A stretch of 64,000 bases of DNA from Eledone cirrhosa (lineage: Eukaryota), in the NCBI GenBank assembly GCA_964016885.1, contig OZ024740.1:60760001-60824000 (forward strand), written 5' to 3'. The notes beneath the pieces are model-generated. The model worked only from the letters and a program-made list of their open reading frames with translations, was not told the origin of the DNA and did not search any database. Below, piece by piece: positions 1 to 13,148 of this stretch (positions within the stretch are counted from its first letter, which is position 1; each line of letters begins with the position of its first letter). The position numbers were made by a program, and so were the translations under genes.

Positions 1-1034
1 TGTGTATGTAGAAGAGGATGAGATGAATTCTAAACAGTGTGAATATTTGAATGTAAGTATAAGTGTATATACAAAGGCAAGAGACAAGAAGAGTCACTGG
101 TTGATGTATGAATGAATTTGTAAGTAATTCCATATAATTAAGTGGGTGTGTGTTTTAAGTGCCTGGAGTGCAGTGGGGTTGGCTGAAATGTCAAGGAGCA
201 GAGGGCTTGGTGGAAAGGGATAACAATTTATGGTTGAGTGCTTTTGTAACTATATTCACATGAATGAATAGCAACATTATCATATAGGTTAACTGAATAC
301 AGATAGGAATGTGTAGAGAATATATGTAATATGAATTACATAGCCATTTATAAAAGGACAGTTGAGAATTAGAGATCATGGTATGAATACTTCAACCTTG
401 AATACAGATGTGTAACTTTATGTAATGTTTATAAGAGTTGTAATTTATTGGACTATTAACCCCTTATTTAGAGATAAAACACTTCTTAATATTCACATCT
501 ATACTGCTTTGATTGGTTTCATCTTTGATCATCATCCGATTAGGCGATAGAGCATATGCTATTTAGAAGCTTAGTTCCTGGTTTTCATGGTCTGATGCAT
601 GTATATTAGTAGTGTGCAAGAATGACAAGGCATAAATGGACTGAAAGGAAAATTTGACATGAGAGATATCGGATGCAGGTCATGAGTTCAATTCCCAGAC
701 CAGGTGCTGCTTTGTGCCCTTGAGCTATATATATATATGAGAGAAAGAGAGAGTGTGTATGTGTGTGTGTGTGTGTGGGGGGGTTCTTGCTCTCTCTACA
801 CACACAAACAAAGCTGATTTTTTTCCCTGAATTGCAATGTTACTCTAAAAACAATAGTTGTGGTACAGAAGGCATGCATGGTATTAAGTGTTACCCATGC
901 TGCCAAGCTATTACCAAATATTGATCTCAATGATAGACCAATAATAGGTATTGTAATGTTTTAATGAGGAAATTAATAGTTGTACAAAAAGACCTGACTT
1001 CTGAGGCCTTTATTCAAACTATTATTCTTAAACA

Positions 1035-2530
1035 AGGAAGAGGCCTGGAAATGTTACTATGAGAGGCTAATGAATGTGGAGAATGAATGGGTGGAAAAGA
1101 GACTTCCCCCAATGTACCCAATGGAGGTACCAGCCATTGAAATTGATAGTTATAGAGTCAAGGAAGCAATCAAACAAATGAAGAATGGTAATGCCACAGG
1201 ATCATCAGAGATAGTTGCCGAGATGTTAAAAGCTGAACAACCCACACAGTCAGTCAAGTAATACAAGACAGAGTCTGCTTGTCAAAAGTACTACAGATGC
1301 CTTCTTCTTCAGGAAACAACTACAAGAGAAATTACTAGCCAAGAATAAACTGCTATATTTAGCTTTTGTTGATCTAGAAAAGGCCTTTGACAGAGTACCT
1401 TGATCTATTATTTGGTGGTCCTTAATGAAATTGTAGAAGAATGGCTTGTGAGAAAAGTCCTTTGCATGCTATGTACAGAGGAGCTCTAAGTAAAGGGAGA
1501 GTAGGAAGTGAGTTTAGTGAGGAATTAAAAGTACAGGTAGGTTCTCGGCCCATTGCTGTTCCTCATAGTTCTCTAGGCCATAAAAGAGGAGATAAGCATT
1601 GACTGTCCATGGGAACTTCTCTATGCAAATGATCTGGTCCTTATAACTGAATCCATAAAAGAACTAAAGAATAAGTTCTGATGGTGGAAAAAGAATTTAC
1701 AATCAAATGGGTTGAGAGTAAACTTAGAAAAAACTAGTGTTAGTAAGCAGGAAAGAAGACAAACCCTGATTCCATCAGAGAAATGGCTCTGCTCAATATG
1801 CAGAAAGGGATTAGGCAAGACCTGTATACACAATGCAAACCTTGGATACATAAGAGGTGAAGTGGGATAGCAGGTAGACTAATAGGAAAGGAAGTTTTCA
1901 GATACACAGGAGTAATCAATGGAAAGAATGTCAGTAATATAAACCTTTTCCAATCAAATGAAAGATCCAGAGAAGTGGTTGAGAGCTTCTGTTGCCTAGA
2001 TCACCTAATCAGCAGCAGAGGAGGGTGCTCTGAGAGCATAATAGCTAGAATAAGTATAGGAAGGAAAAAGTTTAGAGATTGACTCCCACTGTTGACAACA
2101 AAAGGCTTCTCCTTACATACGAAAGGATGCCTGTCTGCAAAGTGTGATGCAGTATGGTTGAAAAACATGGGCAGTCACTAGTGAGGACTTCCATAGGCTG
2201 GGCAGAAATGAAGCAACCATGCTTTGTTGGATGTGCAATGTTAAATGTGAGAGAATGGCAGAGTTTGGATGAACTGAGGGAGAAACTGGGTATAAGAGGA
2301 ATCTGAAGTGGTGAGCAAGAAAGAAGGCTGCATGTGATGAACATCCTAGTGGCGGGAAACTGCAATAGAGGTAGACCAAGGAAGACCTGGGCAGAGATGA
2401 TGAGAGCTCATCTCAAATTGCTGATGAAAGAACACAATGAATGAAGAAATGCTGTGCTAAAATGGACTCATCCAACCCATGCAAGTATGGAAAAACAGAT
2501 GTAAAAACGCCAATAATAATGATGATGATA
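1035..2530 (+). mobile_element. Decayed, 5'-truncated RTE-clade LINE (RT region and 3' tail)
   Basis: Fragments YERLMNVENEW, SEIVAEMLKA, AFVDLEKAFDRVP, CPWELLYANDL and KWLCSICRKG parallel the ORF at 43179-45344, with many stops and frameshifts. Ends in aacccatgcaag...gatgtaaaa...(GAT)n. Confidence 0.9.
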
Positions 2531-2964
2531 TACCAGCTTTCTGAAATATTTATTAATCATTTAATACACATCTCACAATACTTATTAACTATACTATTAG
2601 GTAAGTTAATATTTGCACTGGATGCCACTGAAATATAAATTAGACAGTTATGTAAATGAAAATATGTTCTTTGTCTTTTCATTCATACAAGAATATAGTT
2701 TGTTTTATTTAATATTCCAATCAATAAACATGTATTACTTTCCCTATTATCAATGTTAAATATCTGTTGAATATAACCTAGACAGGTGAAAAGTCTTTCA
2801 CTTTGGAGATTAGAAAAGAGAACCTGGTATTTTTTATGATTTCCTAAATGTCAGATTATAGTGAGATAACTGAATGATTTTTATACAACTTCCTTTCCAC
2901 ATATGATACCTATTATATATCTAGTATTGTTTCATTTACAATAAAAAAAAATGTTTGCATACAT

Positions 2965-3025
<61 letters not shown>

Positions 3026-3646
3026 GCTGATGAAGGAAGGGATCAAGAGAGGTAACGGGTAGGGGTGGGGCTGACTTTGGGTAGGAGATTAGAAGCAACA
3101 TAAAGAATCATAGAAATGCAAAGAAGAGAAATATTTATAAGAAAAGAAATATTTATAAAAATATTTATAAGTATGTTGAATGGATGGATAGATAAATACA
3201 GACAGACTGGCAGACAGATAGGTATGCATGCAGATAGGTAGGCATGCAGACATGTAGACAGACAGATGGAAATATTAATAGATAGGTAGATTGATATAGA
3301 GATAGATCAATAGAACGAAAATGTAATAAATCAAAAGTAGAAATATCAAGAATGAAGTGATAGCCAGCTGCAAAAGTAAAAGTTGCATCCGTTATCATTA
3401 GATTTAATTTCTGCCCCCAACCCACTAAAAAACTATCATGCTACCTGAAATAGCTGGATATCAGCTCAGACCTGTAAGTACTCAGAAAACTGTGCCCTCC
3501 ATGAAACAACTTATAATCTTAAAAAAGTACTTTTTGTTAAACTTGACAGTTTGCAGAAAAGAACAAAAAAAAACAAAAAAAACAATTTGTTAGAGCTATA
3601 TTGAGCACTGAAGAAACAAGGGAGATGATGATGATGATAATGATAA

Positions 3647-3830
3647 TAATTGTTTCTACTCTTGGCACAAGGCCAGCAATTATCCCAGTGTATTACTGGT
3701 GCTTTATTTTATCTACCCCATAAGGATGAAAGGCAAAGTTAACCTTGGCAGTATTTGAACTCAGGCCGTAAAGGGCCGTAACTCTATGTTGAAACGCATG
3801 GCGTCTGATCTTCTACCAATACTGCTCTTT
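3647..3830 (-). mobile_element. tRNA-derived SINE, family A
   Basis: Reverse complement of the family A consensus seen at 11627-11830. Confidence 0.85.
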
Positions 3831-3869
3831 GATGATGATAATAATAATACACCATATTGACAAGGAGGA

Positions 3870-4390
3870 AGCTAGCCTGCTCTGTAGATCTGTGGAAACT
3901 GTGGCTCACATCATATCTGAGTGTAAGGAAAAGTGATTTACTGGCATTTATGCAAACTGAACAATTTACTTCATTCTGAGCATAAGCCAGAGTCAATGAT
4001 AGAAAACAATCAGGTGAAGGTGCTATGGGATTTCAGGATACAAGTGGACAAAGAATTAGTACACAATAGGCCTGATCTGGTGGTTTTTGACAAGGAAAAA
4101 GGATCTTGCTTGAATATAGATGTTACTTGCACCTTTGACACAAGAGTGAAAGAAAAAGAGAAGAAAATTAACCTGTAGCAGGATCTAAAGTGGCAACTGA
4201 AAAGGATTTGGAACTGTCATGAGATCAAGCTTGTCCTCATCATCATAGGAGTACTAAGTTCTATCTCGAAGAGTTTTCAAGGCTGGTTAAAGAACAGCCC
4301 CTTTTTTTGGAACACCCCAAAAGGCATGCCTACTGGGAACAGCAAGGGCCTTCCGATACGTCTTGAATATCTGAGGCTGATGGTAGCAGC
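3870..4390 (+). mobile_element. Decayed non-LTR retrotransposon 3' fragment with restriction-like endonuclease (R4/Dong-like)
   Basis: ETVAHIISEC (CCHC knuckle remnant), then KVLWDFRIQVDKELVHNRPDLVVFDK...IDV..., then IIIGVL. The RPD/PD-(D/E)xK pattern is typical of RLE-type elements. A second remnant (IPIIIGVLG) lies near 4700-4950. Confidence 0.75.
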
Positions 4391-4950
4391 TTCATGTTCA
4401 TCAGGGCAAATTTCCCAGTTAAATAAGATGAATGACTGAGATATCAAAGTAATAATACTAATAATCTTCTCTCCCACTTATTCCTGAGAAGGTCGTGGGG
4501 ACAGAGTCCTCAAACATTCCTTCCAGCAGGTCCTGTCAGAAGCAACCTTTTCCAACTAATCTGGTTGGATCCCCAAGCAAGACCAGCCAAGCTCATGGAT
4601 GTTATCCACCCATCTTGCTTGGGGTTTACCCCTGGGTCTCTTTCTTGTTGGTTTTGACCATAAAATTTGTCCAGAATAATAATGATAATCCAGGAAATAG
4701 AAAAATTATTCAAATATAGAAATTTGGAGATAGAAATACATCGAATGTGAATGATGAAAACAGAAACAATCCCTATAATAATAGGTGTTCTGGGAATGAT
4801 AAAAAAAAACACACAGGCAGATATATAACCAAAACTCCATACAGAAAAATAGCACAGATATTACAAAGAGTACTCTCAATACAATAGAAATAACACCAAA
4901 ATCAACACTTTGCATACACAAGGCACACAGAGCTGTGCTCAGTAATGTAA

Positions 4951-5130
4951 TAACTGCTTCTACTTTAGGCACAAGGCCAGCAATTACCCAGTGCATTACT
5001 GGTACTTTATTTTATCGACCCCGTAAGGATGAAAGGCAAACTCAACCTCAGCGGGATTTGAACTCAGATCGTTAAGGGACGTAACTATGCTGGAAAGCAT
5101 GGCATCCAACCCTCTACCGATACTGCCAAT
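4951..5130 (-). mobile_element. SINE family A copy
   Basis: Near-identical reverse complement of the consensus. Confidence 0.9.
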
Positions 5131-5180
5131 AACAAGCAATAAAAATAAGACTAATAATAACTATTATTATTTCTTTATTA

Positions 5181-5366
5181 GTGGATTGGCAGTATCGGTA
5201 GAGAGTCGGACGCCATGCTTTGACGCATGGAGTTACGGCCCTTGCCATTCTGAGTTCAAATCCCGCCGAGGTTAACTTTGCCTTTCATCCTTATGGGGTC
5301 GATAAAATAAAGTACCAGTAATACACTGGGTAATTGCTGGCCTTGTGCCAAAAGTAGAAACAATTA
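5181..5366 (+). mobile_element. SINE family A copy
   Basis: A box TGGCAGTATCGG, B box GAGTTCAAATCC; flanked by duplicated attatttctttatt. Confidence 0.9.
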
Positions 5367-6458
5367 TTTCTTTATTGGCCATCCACTAATAATAATAATG
5401 GTTTCTAATTTAGGCACACAGCCAACAATTTTAGAGGAGGGGAAATTCAGAACGTAAAGGGCCATAACTCTATGCTGTAAAGTTAATTTGATTTCACTAT
5501 TTGACTAGTACTTTATTTTATCGACCCAGTAATGATAAAAAGCAAATTTGACCTTGTTTGGATTTGAAACTAGAATGTAAAGTATTGGAGCAAATACCAC
5601 AAAGCCTTTTGTCCAAGGCTTTACTAAATCTGCCAATCTGTCAATAATAAGTTATCTTACATAGAATGCAAATTAGCTGGAATCATATTTAAAGCAATAA
5701 CACTTCTTAGGTGCACAGCTATTTATCAATTTAATTATTAGGTATACCTAATCTACATCATGTTATTGTGGTGTATTCTGGTGCATATACATTTCCTGTT
5801 AATAATTCATCACTGAAAGTTTGAGGATTTAGGCAGCTCAGTCAGCAGAACTAATTATACGATCATCAATTAAATTGACTGTTTGGAGGAATAGTAGAAA
5901 ACCTCCTCTCATGTGAGTAGTGAAGTGGCTAATCATCATACAAAAAATTGATCCTATGATAATAGTACAAAGAAACATAATAATGTATGGTAGCAAAATG
6001 TGATGATCTTGCCTGAAGTCAGATAGAAATTGTAATAAGCTGGATTTAAAGTATTCATAAGGACTTTGTGAGCTGACAAAGAATTCAGGTATAGGAGAAA
6101 TAAGATATTGATTACAACAGAAATAAGAATTTCTTACACTTGAAGACGACAGGGAATTTTAGATACAGTTAATTGCATGAACCCAAAACTTGACTAGTAC
6201 TTTATTTTATCGACATATATATTACTATAAATTGATAATAAAACAGTTTTTTAACCTGGGGTGATTTGAACTAAGAATGTAAAAGGATAATACTGTGTAG
6301 TATTTTGATGGCTGTTTTGTCAGTTATTTATAATACCTTTTGCCTGGATAATATGTATAATGTATACATGATAGTAAATATAAAATACATATATCTGTAT
6401 GTATGTGTGTGTGTGCGCGCACGCGCTAGCGCACACGCACACAAACATATATATAATC

Positions 6459-6750
6459 GTGAAGGCACCTGGATTAGTGGTTAGAGCGTTGGGCTTGCAA
6501 TCGGTAGGTTGTGAGTTCAATTCTCAGACTGGGTGATGTGTTGTTTCCTTGAGCAAGACACTTTATTTCACATTGCTCCAGTTTACTCAGCTGCAGAAAT
6601 GAGTTGCAATGTCATTGGTGCCAAGCTATATTGGCACCAATGTCATTGATGCCAAGCTGTATTGTCCATCGCATGGAGTGGGGAGACTGGTATGTATGGG
6701 CGACTGCTGGTCTTCCACAAATAACCTTGCCCGGACTTGTTCTTCAGAGG
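6459..6750 (+). mobile_element. tRNA-derived SINE, family B
   Basis: Head with A box (tggattagtgg) and B box (gagttcaattc), then tgttgtttccttgagcaagacactt (CORE-like). Head shared with copies at 31488, 50080, 52849 and 63785. Confidence 0.85.
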
Positions 6751-6751
6751 C

Positions 6752-6797
<46 letters not shown>

Positions 6798-7438
6798 GGA
6801 AGAAACTTTCAGGAGAGCTTGACAGCATGTCTTCAGAGAAGAAACCCCCTCAAGTGAGTGTTTTGGTCCTTAACTTCTTACACTCTAAGGGGCCAGGCTA
6901 CATCCAGGTCATGACTCCTGGGTGCCATTCAGAGACTTGCTGTGTATTTAAACCGTATGAAGATTTTGTTGATAGGATCTAGCTATAACTACTTTCCGTT
7001 GCCTCTGCTTTCAAACTTATATGTGTGCGTGTGTGAAAAGTAAACAGAAAACAACACATCGAAATGATACAGTACAATGAAGGTATATATTAGTTTAACG
7101 CTTGATATATATATAAGTATGCCTTAAGCTTGAGAATCATATGGCCACTGCTTATCCTATTTCTAAATGGAGTCAATATAGACTGAGGATTAGGACCCTA
7201 CCTCAGCGAAATAGACAGCTAAAGAAACAATTGCACCTAAATAACACCATAGTGTAATATATATACATCATCATCCCTCTTTTTGCATTGACTTTATCTA
7301 TGCTAGTATGGGTAGGACTGGATTTTTTGAAAGAGTGTTTTACAGCCGGATGCCTTTCCTAACACCAACCATTTTACTTACTGCTTCTTGTGACACCTTC
7401 TTAACTGAATACACATAACCATATATATATATCTATAA

Positions 7439-7452
<14 letters not shown>

Positions 7453-7520
<68 letters not shown>
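7453..7520. repeat. (GA)n microsatellite following (TA)n
   Basis: Directly visible. Confidence 0.95.
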
Positions 7521-7523
<3 letters not shown>

Positions 7524-7579
7524 CCCAACTGCGACGCCAAGCGGTTTCAGCTATATATTAGTGTAATATATATATATAT

Positions 7580-7785
7580 ATTGGTTTCTTATATAGGCAC
7601 AAGGTCAGCAATTTTGGGGGAGGGGAAAGTCGATTAAATTGACCCCAGTGCATTACTGGTACTTTATTTTATCAACCCCATAAGGATGAAAGGCAAAGTT
7701 AACCTGGGCGGGATTTGAACTCAGATCATAAAGGGCCGTGACTCTATGTTGCAAAGCATGGCGTCCGACCCTCTACCAATACTAC
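7580..7785 (-). mobile_element. SINE family A copy (long-tail variant)
   Basis: Consensus plus the extra segment ttttgggggaggggaaagtcgattaaa. Confidence 0.88.
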
Positions 7786-8489
7786 ACTAATTACGGTGTC
7801 ATTTAGGTACAATTGTTTCTTTAGCTGTCTATTTCATATATTTTTTTAGTTAGGCCCCAAATACTCAGCCTATATTGATTCCATTTTGTAATGGTTGTGT
7901 TCTTTTCCTTCAAGTGTGAAAGAGTTCCAAAAGTAAAACAGAAAGGGTAATAAATATATAGAGAAATATGATTTAGATATAGAGAATGGTAATGGAAAAG
8001 TAAGAGTAATTTAGTAATTAAATATAGTTTATGAAAATTAAAAGGTGCTAACTGGTAGAGGGTCCACATTGAGAAGAAAAAAAGGAATATTAATGATTGT
8101 AGAGGAGGGTTCATGTGAAAGTTGATAGATGATATCAGTGGTCAGTGAGAGAGATCCATGGTATTTAGAATTCTTTTAATCTGGTAAAGGTGGAGTATTA
8201 CAGTTTTTTTAAGATAAATTGGAAGGTGTGGGGGCAGTGATTGAAGAAATCTTGCATTGTATTCAGAAAATTTGCTAGCAAGGAAAGTGGACTTTAAACA
8301 ATGGTGATGTTGATGATGTATGCAATAATTTTCAAAATGACTTCAGTGTTAAATTTTCTATTTTTATGATGAAGTTATTTCAACAATAAGTAATAGGATT
8401 TCTTTTTCTTTCATTGAATTTAATTTATAATTTGAACTTTAATTATATTTATATTATTTTTTATTTATATATTTTTTTAATTATTTAAG

Positions 8490-8666
8490 GATCACCATAC
8501 AAAAAACTAGAGAAAGAACTGCAGAAAATTAAAACTACTCCAGTCCATGTCCTTCAACCTCCAACTTGGAATAAATGTGGCCGTCCAAAGAATGGATTAA
8601 TTCTGTTGGAAGATAATACTTACCTGTGTGCCCGTTACAGGGACCCTCACAATAAATTGGTATTAG
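8490..8666 (+). CDS. fj: Four-jointed (FJX1-like) kinase, first visible internal exon (A)
   Basis: Hand translation: (x)SPYKKLEKELQKIKTTPVHVLQPPTWNKCGRPKNGLILLEDNTYLCARYRDPHNKLVL(G). CGR.N...L.D....C.RY matches the four-jointed family pattern as I know it. Acceptor tttaAG (8488-8489) follows a T-rich tract, with an in-frame TAA just upstream. Donor GTAAGT at 8667; phase 1, compatible with exon B. The 5' boundary is less certain because the acceptor is AAG. Confidence 0.85.
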
Positions 8667-9411
8667 GTAAGTATCTTTATCAATAGCCATTTAAATAAAG
8701 ACGCCAAAGGGAACTAATATGATATATTAACATACTTGTGACCCCATTTCTAATGAAATACATTCTCTTTCAATTAATTAATGAAGAAGTTTGAGGAATT
8801 TACTAAAATTATAAAATTATTTAATTACTTAGCATATGGTTCTTATATGAAATTATGTTGAAGGAGTTTTATTTCAATAAAAAACCCTTTAAGCATATAT
8901 TTCTAGTGATACAACTATAAGAAAATTCTAGTATTTATTAATCAGGGAAAATACTTTTGTATTTGAATTGGTGCTGAGAAAACTGTAGGCAGACAATTGG
9001 TTTCAAGTGATGTATAAATGTTTCAGGTTTAAGGTTAGAGTTAGCAGTCCATTCAGTGAAGAATCCAGAGCACTGGAAGGTGTTCATCATAGAGATGCCT
9101 TCAGCTCTTTTTATTTATTTCCACTGTTGAGTTAACAACACAGGAGTTCAGGACTGGATGGTTTAGGGAATCTTTATATGCTTTTCAGTAATTTCTTATT
9201 GTAGAATCAACTAAAGATATTTAAAGTCTGGGAAATGGTTTAAAGTCCTCAGTGTTAGTTAGTAATAGAGAACACAATATCTCTCATCAACTATACTGTG
9301 CTCCCCTCTCTTCAGGCACTAACTATTATACCCAATCCTACCTCTCAAGAACTTCAGCTTTCTGGAATTTTCTCTATCCAGATATTTTTCCTGCACTCAT
9401 TGTTTTTCAGT

Positions 9412-9640
9412 TTAACCCTTTAGCATTTACATTACTCTATAAATACTATTGTATTTTCATGGCAAAGGCTTTACCTCACATAATTATCTCACATAATATT
9501 TAATCTATGATATTTTGATATTATTTATTTTGAGAAAAATACCTTAACATAAGTATAAGTGGCCAATTACGGCCAGTTTGAACAGAAAGAGGTGAGAGAG
9601 TTCTGGCCGGATATGGCTGGTTTAAATGCTAAAGGATTAA
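9412..9640 (+). mobile_element. TTAA-flanked MITE (piggyBac-like), copy 1
   Basis: TTAA-CCCTTTAGCATTTA...TAAATGCTAAAGGA-TTAA; 229 bp including both TTAA; five copies in the window. Confidence 0.9.
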
Positions 9641-11626
9641 TATGAATATCAGCTACACTGATTCGCTAGAATCTGGAGAGTCTGTGAAGGTTATGAGTAG
9701 AGTTTCTTCCTCCAGATCAAACCATTACAAAAAAAAAAGTGAATTTATGCTTTAAATGGGATTTGTTTAACTCATTCCAGCATAGAAATAAGATATTAAA
9801 ATGATTATGCTATTGATTGCAGAATAGTTGATATTGATTTTAACGTATTTGTCTCTTTTAGATATGCTTTGTTACATTTATAACCATTTAGGCCAGACGG
9901 CCATAAAATCATTTTTAATACTATAATCCAATTGCAGGTATTTGACCATTGTTAAAGTATCTAACTTTAAATAGATGTCTTTCATACCAGATATTGTGGT
10001 GAGTTGGCAGAATTCTTAAGAAGTTGGATTCAAAATGCTTTTGTATTTGCTCCAGCTCGCTGTACTCTGAGCTCAAATCCCACTAAGGTCAACTTTGTCT
10101 TCATCATTTCAAGGTTGATAAATAAAATACCAGTTCAGTACTGAGATCGATCTTCCTCTATCTATCTCTCTTTCTCTTGAAAAATCAGCTATGTTCTGAC
10201 CTGGAGAGGAATGTACTCCACTACATTTAAAATGGGTCCCTTACAACTCCATTAGGAGTGAAAGGCCCTTTACCTTCATACTACACAACACTCATGTAGT
10301 TATCTATTTTGAGTTGGTAAACTTAGTATACTGAAATAAATACAGTAATGCTATTGTTACTTTGAGCCTAGCTCAGCTGTGGTTAAGCAGACTTATAATC
10401 AAAGATATTCCTGTCATGACCATCCCAGACTTTTTTCTAACATTTTCAGGATAACATGATCCAATGTGACTTATTTTTATAAGTGATAAGGAGTAATTTA
10501 AAAGAGATTCGATTGCTATTTCTAGCAGATCAACTAATAATGTATTACAAGGGTTTTTAACTAAGGGTATCCAAAGGCTGCAGATATGTGACTCAATCTC
10601 TAAGTTTCTATAAATAAGTATGAGTTCTATTCATTGTTGTCCTAATGTAAAGTGAAACAAAGTTATTGGCACCTTTTAAAGTCATAATGGCACTTAATAC
10701 GACAGGTGAAAGAAATATGGCAACATATTGGCAATACGTTAGGGGTTTGAAATCATAAAAAAAAGTTAAGAACTCCTAATATGGCGATTCCTTCATTGGC
10801 TCTATACAATAATAAATACTTGCAAAGTGCAAAGCACAGTAACTGTAGCATAATCTATTTATGACTATATCACAATCAGAAGTAACTGTATTAGTCTCTG
10901 TAATGCAGTACTATTATACCACAGCTAATGTCCCTCTTTAAGTACCTCATCATAATGTATGGAGTAATTTTAATTATTAAGACATATATAGCATTAACTA
11001 AGTACATTAAATGGGTGATAATTATACAACCACACATTACTAAACTATGCCAGAAAGCAACACACCCAACCTCACCACTCAATGTGAAACTGTAATATTA
11101 TAAATCTAAATGATTCCCACTATTAATGTGCATAATATGCATCATACATTACAGCATATTGCATTATATAAAATTACACAAGCTTGTAATTCCATAGCAC
11201 ATAAAACACATTATATCATAAGTGCCATTAATTTATCCTATAATGATAAGTTAGCACATGAATATGTCAGAATGTTTTATGGTGTGCCAGAAATATATAC
11301 TGTGCCAAAGCTCTTCTCCATATGATGACACTAGAAGCTTTTCTGGGGAATTGTTTAGCAGAAGCTGCAGTTGAAGAAAGAAAAACAATAGTTAAATGCA
11401 TAAATAAACAAATAATTAAAAATAGGGAATAAATGAAGCCAGATGTGGTAGTGTGATTAAGAATTTCTCTTTGTAACAACATGGTCCCAGGTTTATTCTT
11501 ATACACAGCACCTTACACAACCTGCATCTATTATAACCTTGTGATACTTTGTGTAATTTATATAAATATAAATTAACACACACACACACATATATATATA
11601 TTATTATTATTATTATTATTATTATT

Positions 11627-12117
11627 AGGGCGGTCGGTGGATTAGCAGTATCGGTAGAGGGTCGGACGCCATGCTTTCCAACATAGTTACGTCCCTTTAC
11701 GATCTGAGTTCAAATCCCGCCGAGGTTAACTTTGCCTTTCATCCTTACGGGGTCGATAAAATAAAGTACCAGTAATGCACTGGGTAATTGCTGGCCTTGT
11801 GCCAAAAGTAGAAACATTTATTATTATTATGAAGGTATGAAGGATGGTGGCAGTATCGGTAGAGCATCAAACAATATGCCCTTTACATTCTGAGTTCAAA
11901 TCCCGCCTAGGATAGCTTTGCCGTTCATCCTTACGGGGTCAATAAAATAAAGATCCAGTAATAAACTGGGGTTTATTTAATCGACTTTCCCCTTCCCTTC
12001 AAATTACTGGCTTTGTGCCTAAAGTAGAAACAATTATTATATATAGAGGAAAGTGAGTAGGCAGTATTGGTGGAGCATCAGACGCTTCACGGCATAGTTA
12101 CATCCCTTTACATTCTG
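11627..12117 (+). mobile_element. Cluster of SINE family A copies (two full, one head fragment)
   Basis: 11627-11830 is the reference copy: gggcgg..tggattagcagtatcggtagag...gagttcaaatcccgccgaggttaactttgcctttcatccttacggggtcgataaaataaagtaccag...gtagaaaca(tta)n. Further copies at 11845-12040 and 12055-12117. Confidence 0.9.
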
Positions 12118-12315
12118 TAAGTTTGTCATAAACCTCCAGGTGTGCCAGAAGTTCAAATTATGATCCTGTGCTCTACTGAGTGGATTTTATTGTGGCACCA
12201 ACATTAGATAAATTATGTCCTTGATACAGCGGAAGTTCTCCTAAGGTTAGATGCCCTCCTTCCATTATAATGTTATGTAAGAAACTCTGTTAAGTTATGT
12301 TCTAAACACCAGCTT

Positions 12316-12941
12316 AATAATTGTTTCTGATTTATATACATGGCCAACAATTTTTGGGGAAGGGAAGCCAATTAAATCGACCCAGAGCATTACAAATGAA
12401 AGGCAAAGCTAACCTCGGTGGGATTTGAACTCAGAACGTAAAGGGTCGTAACTCTATACCACAAAGCATGGTGTCCAACACTTTGCCAATACTTTAACAC
12501 CTGCTTAATAATTGTTTCTACTTTAGGCACAAGGCCAGCAATTACCCAGTGCATTACTGGTACTTTATTTTATCGACCCCTGTTAGGATGAAAGGCAAGG
12601 TCAACCTCGGCACCTGCTTAATAATGGTTTCTGGTTTAGGCACAAAGCCAACAATTTTCGGAGAGGAGAAAGTCAATTAGATCGACCCCAGTGTGATACT
12701 GGTACTTTATTGTTTTGACCACGTAAAGATGTAAGGCAAAGCTAACCACCAGCGTAATAATTGTTTCTACTTTTAGCACAAGGCCAGCAATTACCCAGTG
12801 CATTACTGGTGCTTTGTTTTATTGATCCCGTAAGGATGAAAGGCAAAGTTAACTTTGGCAGGATTTGAACTTAGAAAGTAAAGGGTCATAACTCTATGCT
12901 GCAAAGCATGGTGTCTGACGCTCTACTGATACTGTCAATCT
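12316..12941 (-). mobile_element. Tandem cluster of four SINE family A copies
   Basis: Copies at about 12316-12495, 12507-12610, 12620-12748 and 12756-12941, each preceded by cacc(a/t)gc(t/g)taataat. Confidence 0.88.
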
Positions 12942-13070
12942 ACAATGAAAGTTAGTTACATTATTAAATCCCTAAAAATTTTACTTATTTGAAAATCATA
13001 GGCAGTGTATTTCATTAGAAATATGATAACAAAATGGTTAAATATATTTCCAAAATATATCCAAAATACT

Positions 13071-13148
13071 TTTGGTTGTTATGTGCTTATTTGGTTGTTA
13101 TGTGCTTATTTGGTTGTTATGTGCTTATTTGGTTGTTATGTGCTTATT
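13071..13148. repeat. Tandem repeat, 19 bp x 4
   Basis: Unit ttggttgttatgtgcttat repeated four times, perfect. Confidence 0.95.

Noticed and set aside
2530-2606. Possible upstream fj exon ending at ag|GTAAGT (2601)
   Set aside because: Good donor, but the upstream translation shows no fj-like sequence and abuts an RTE tail.
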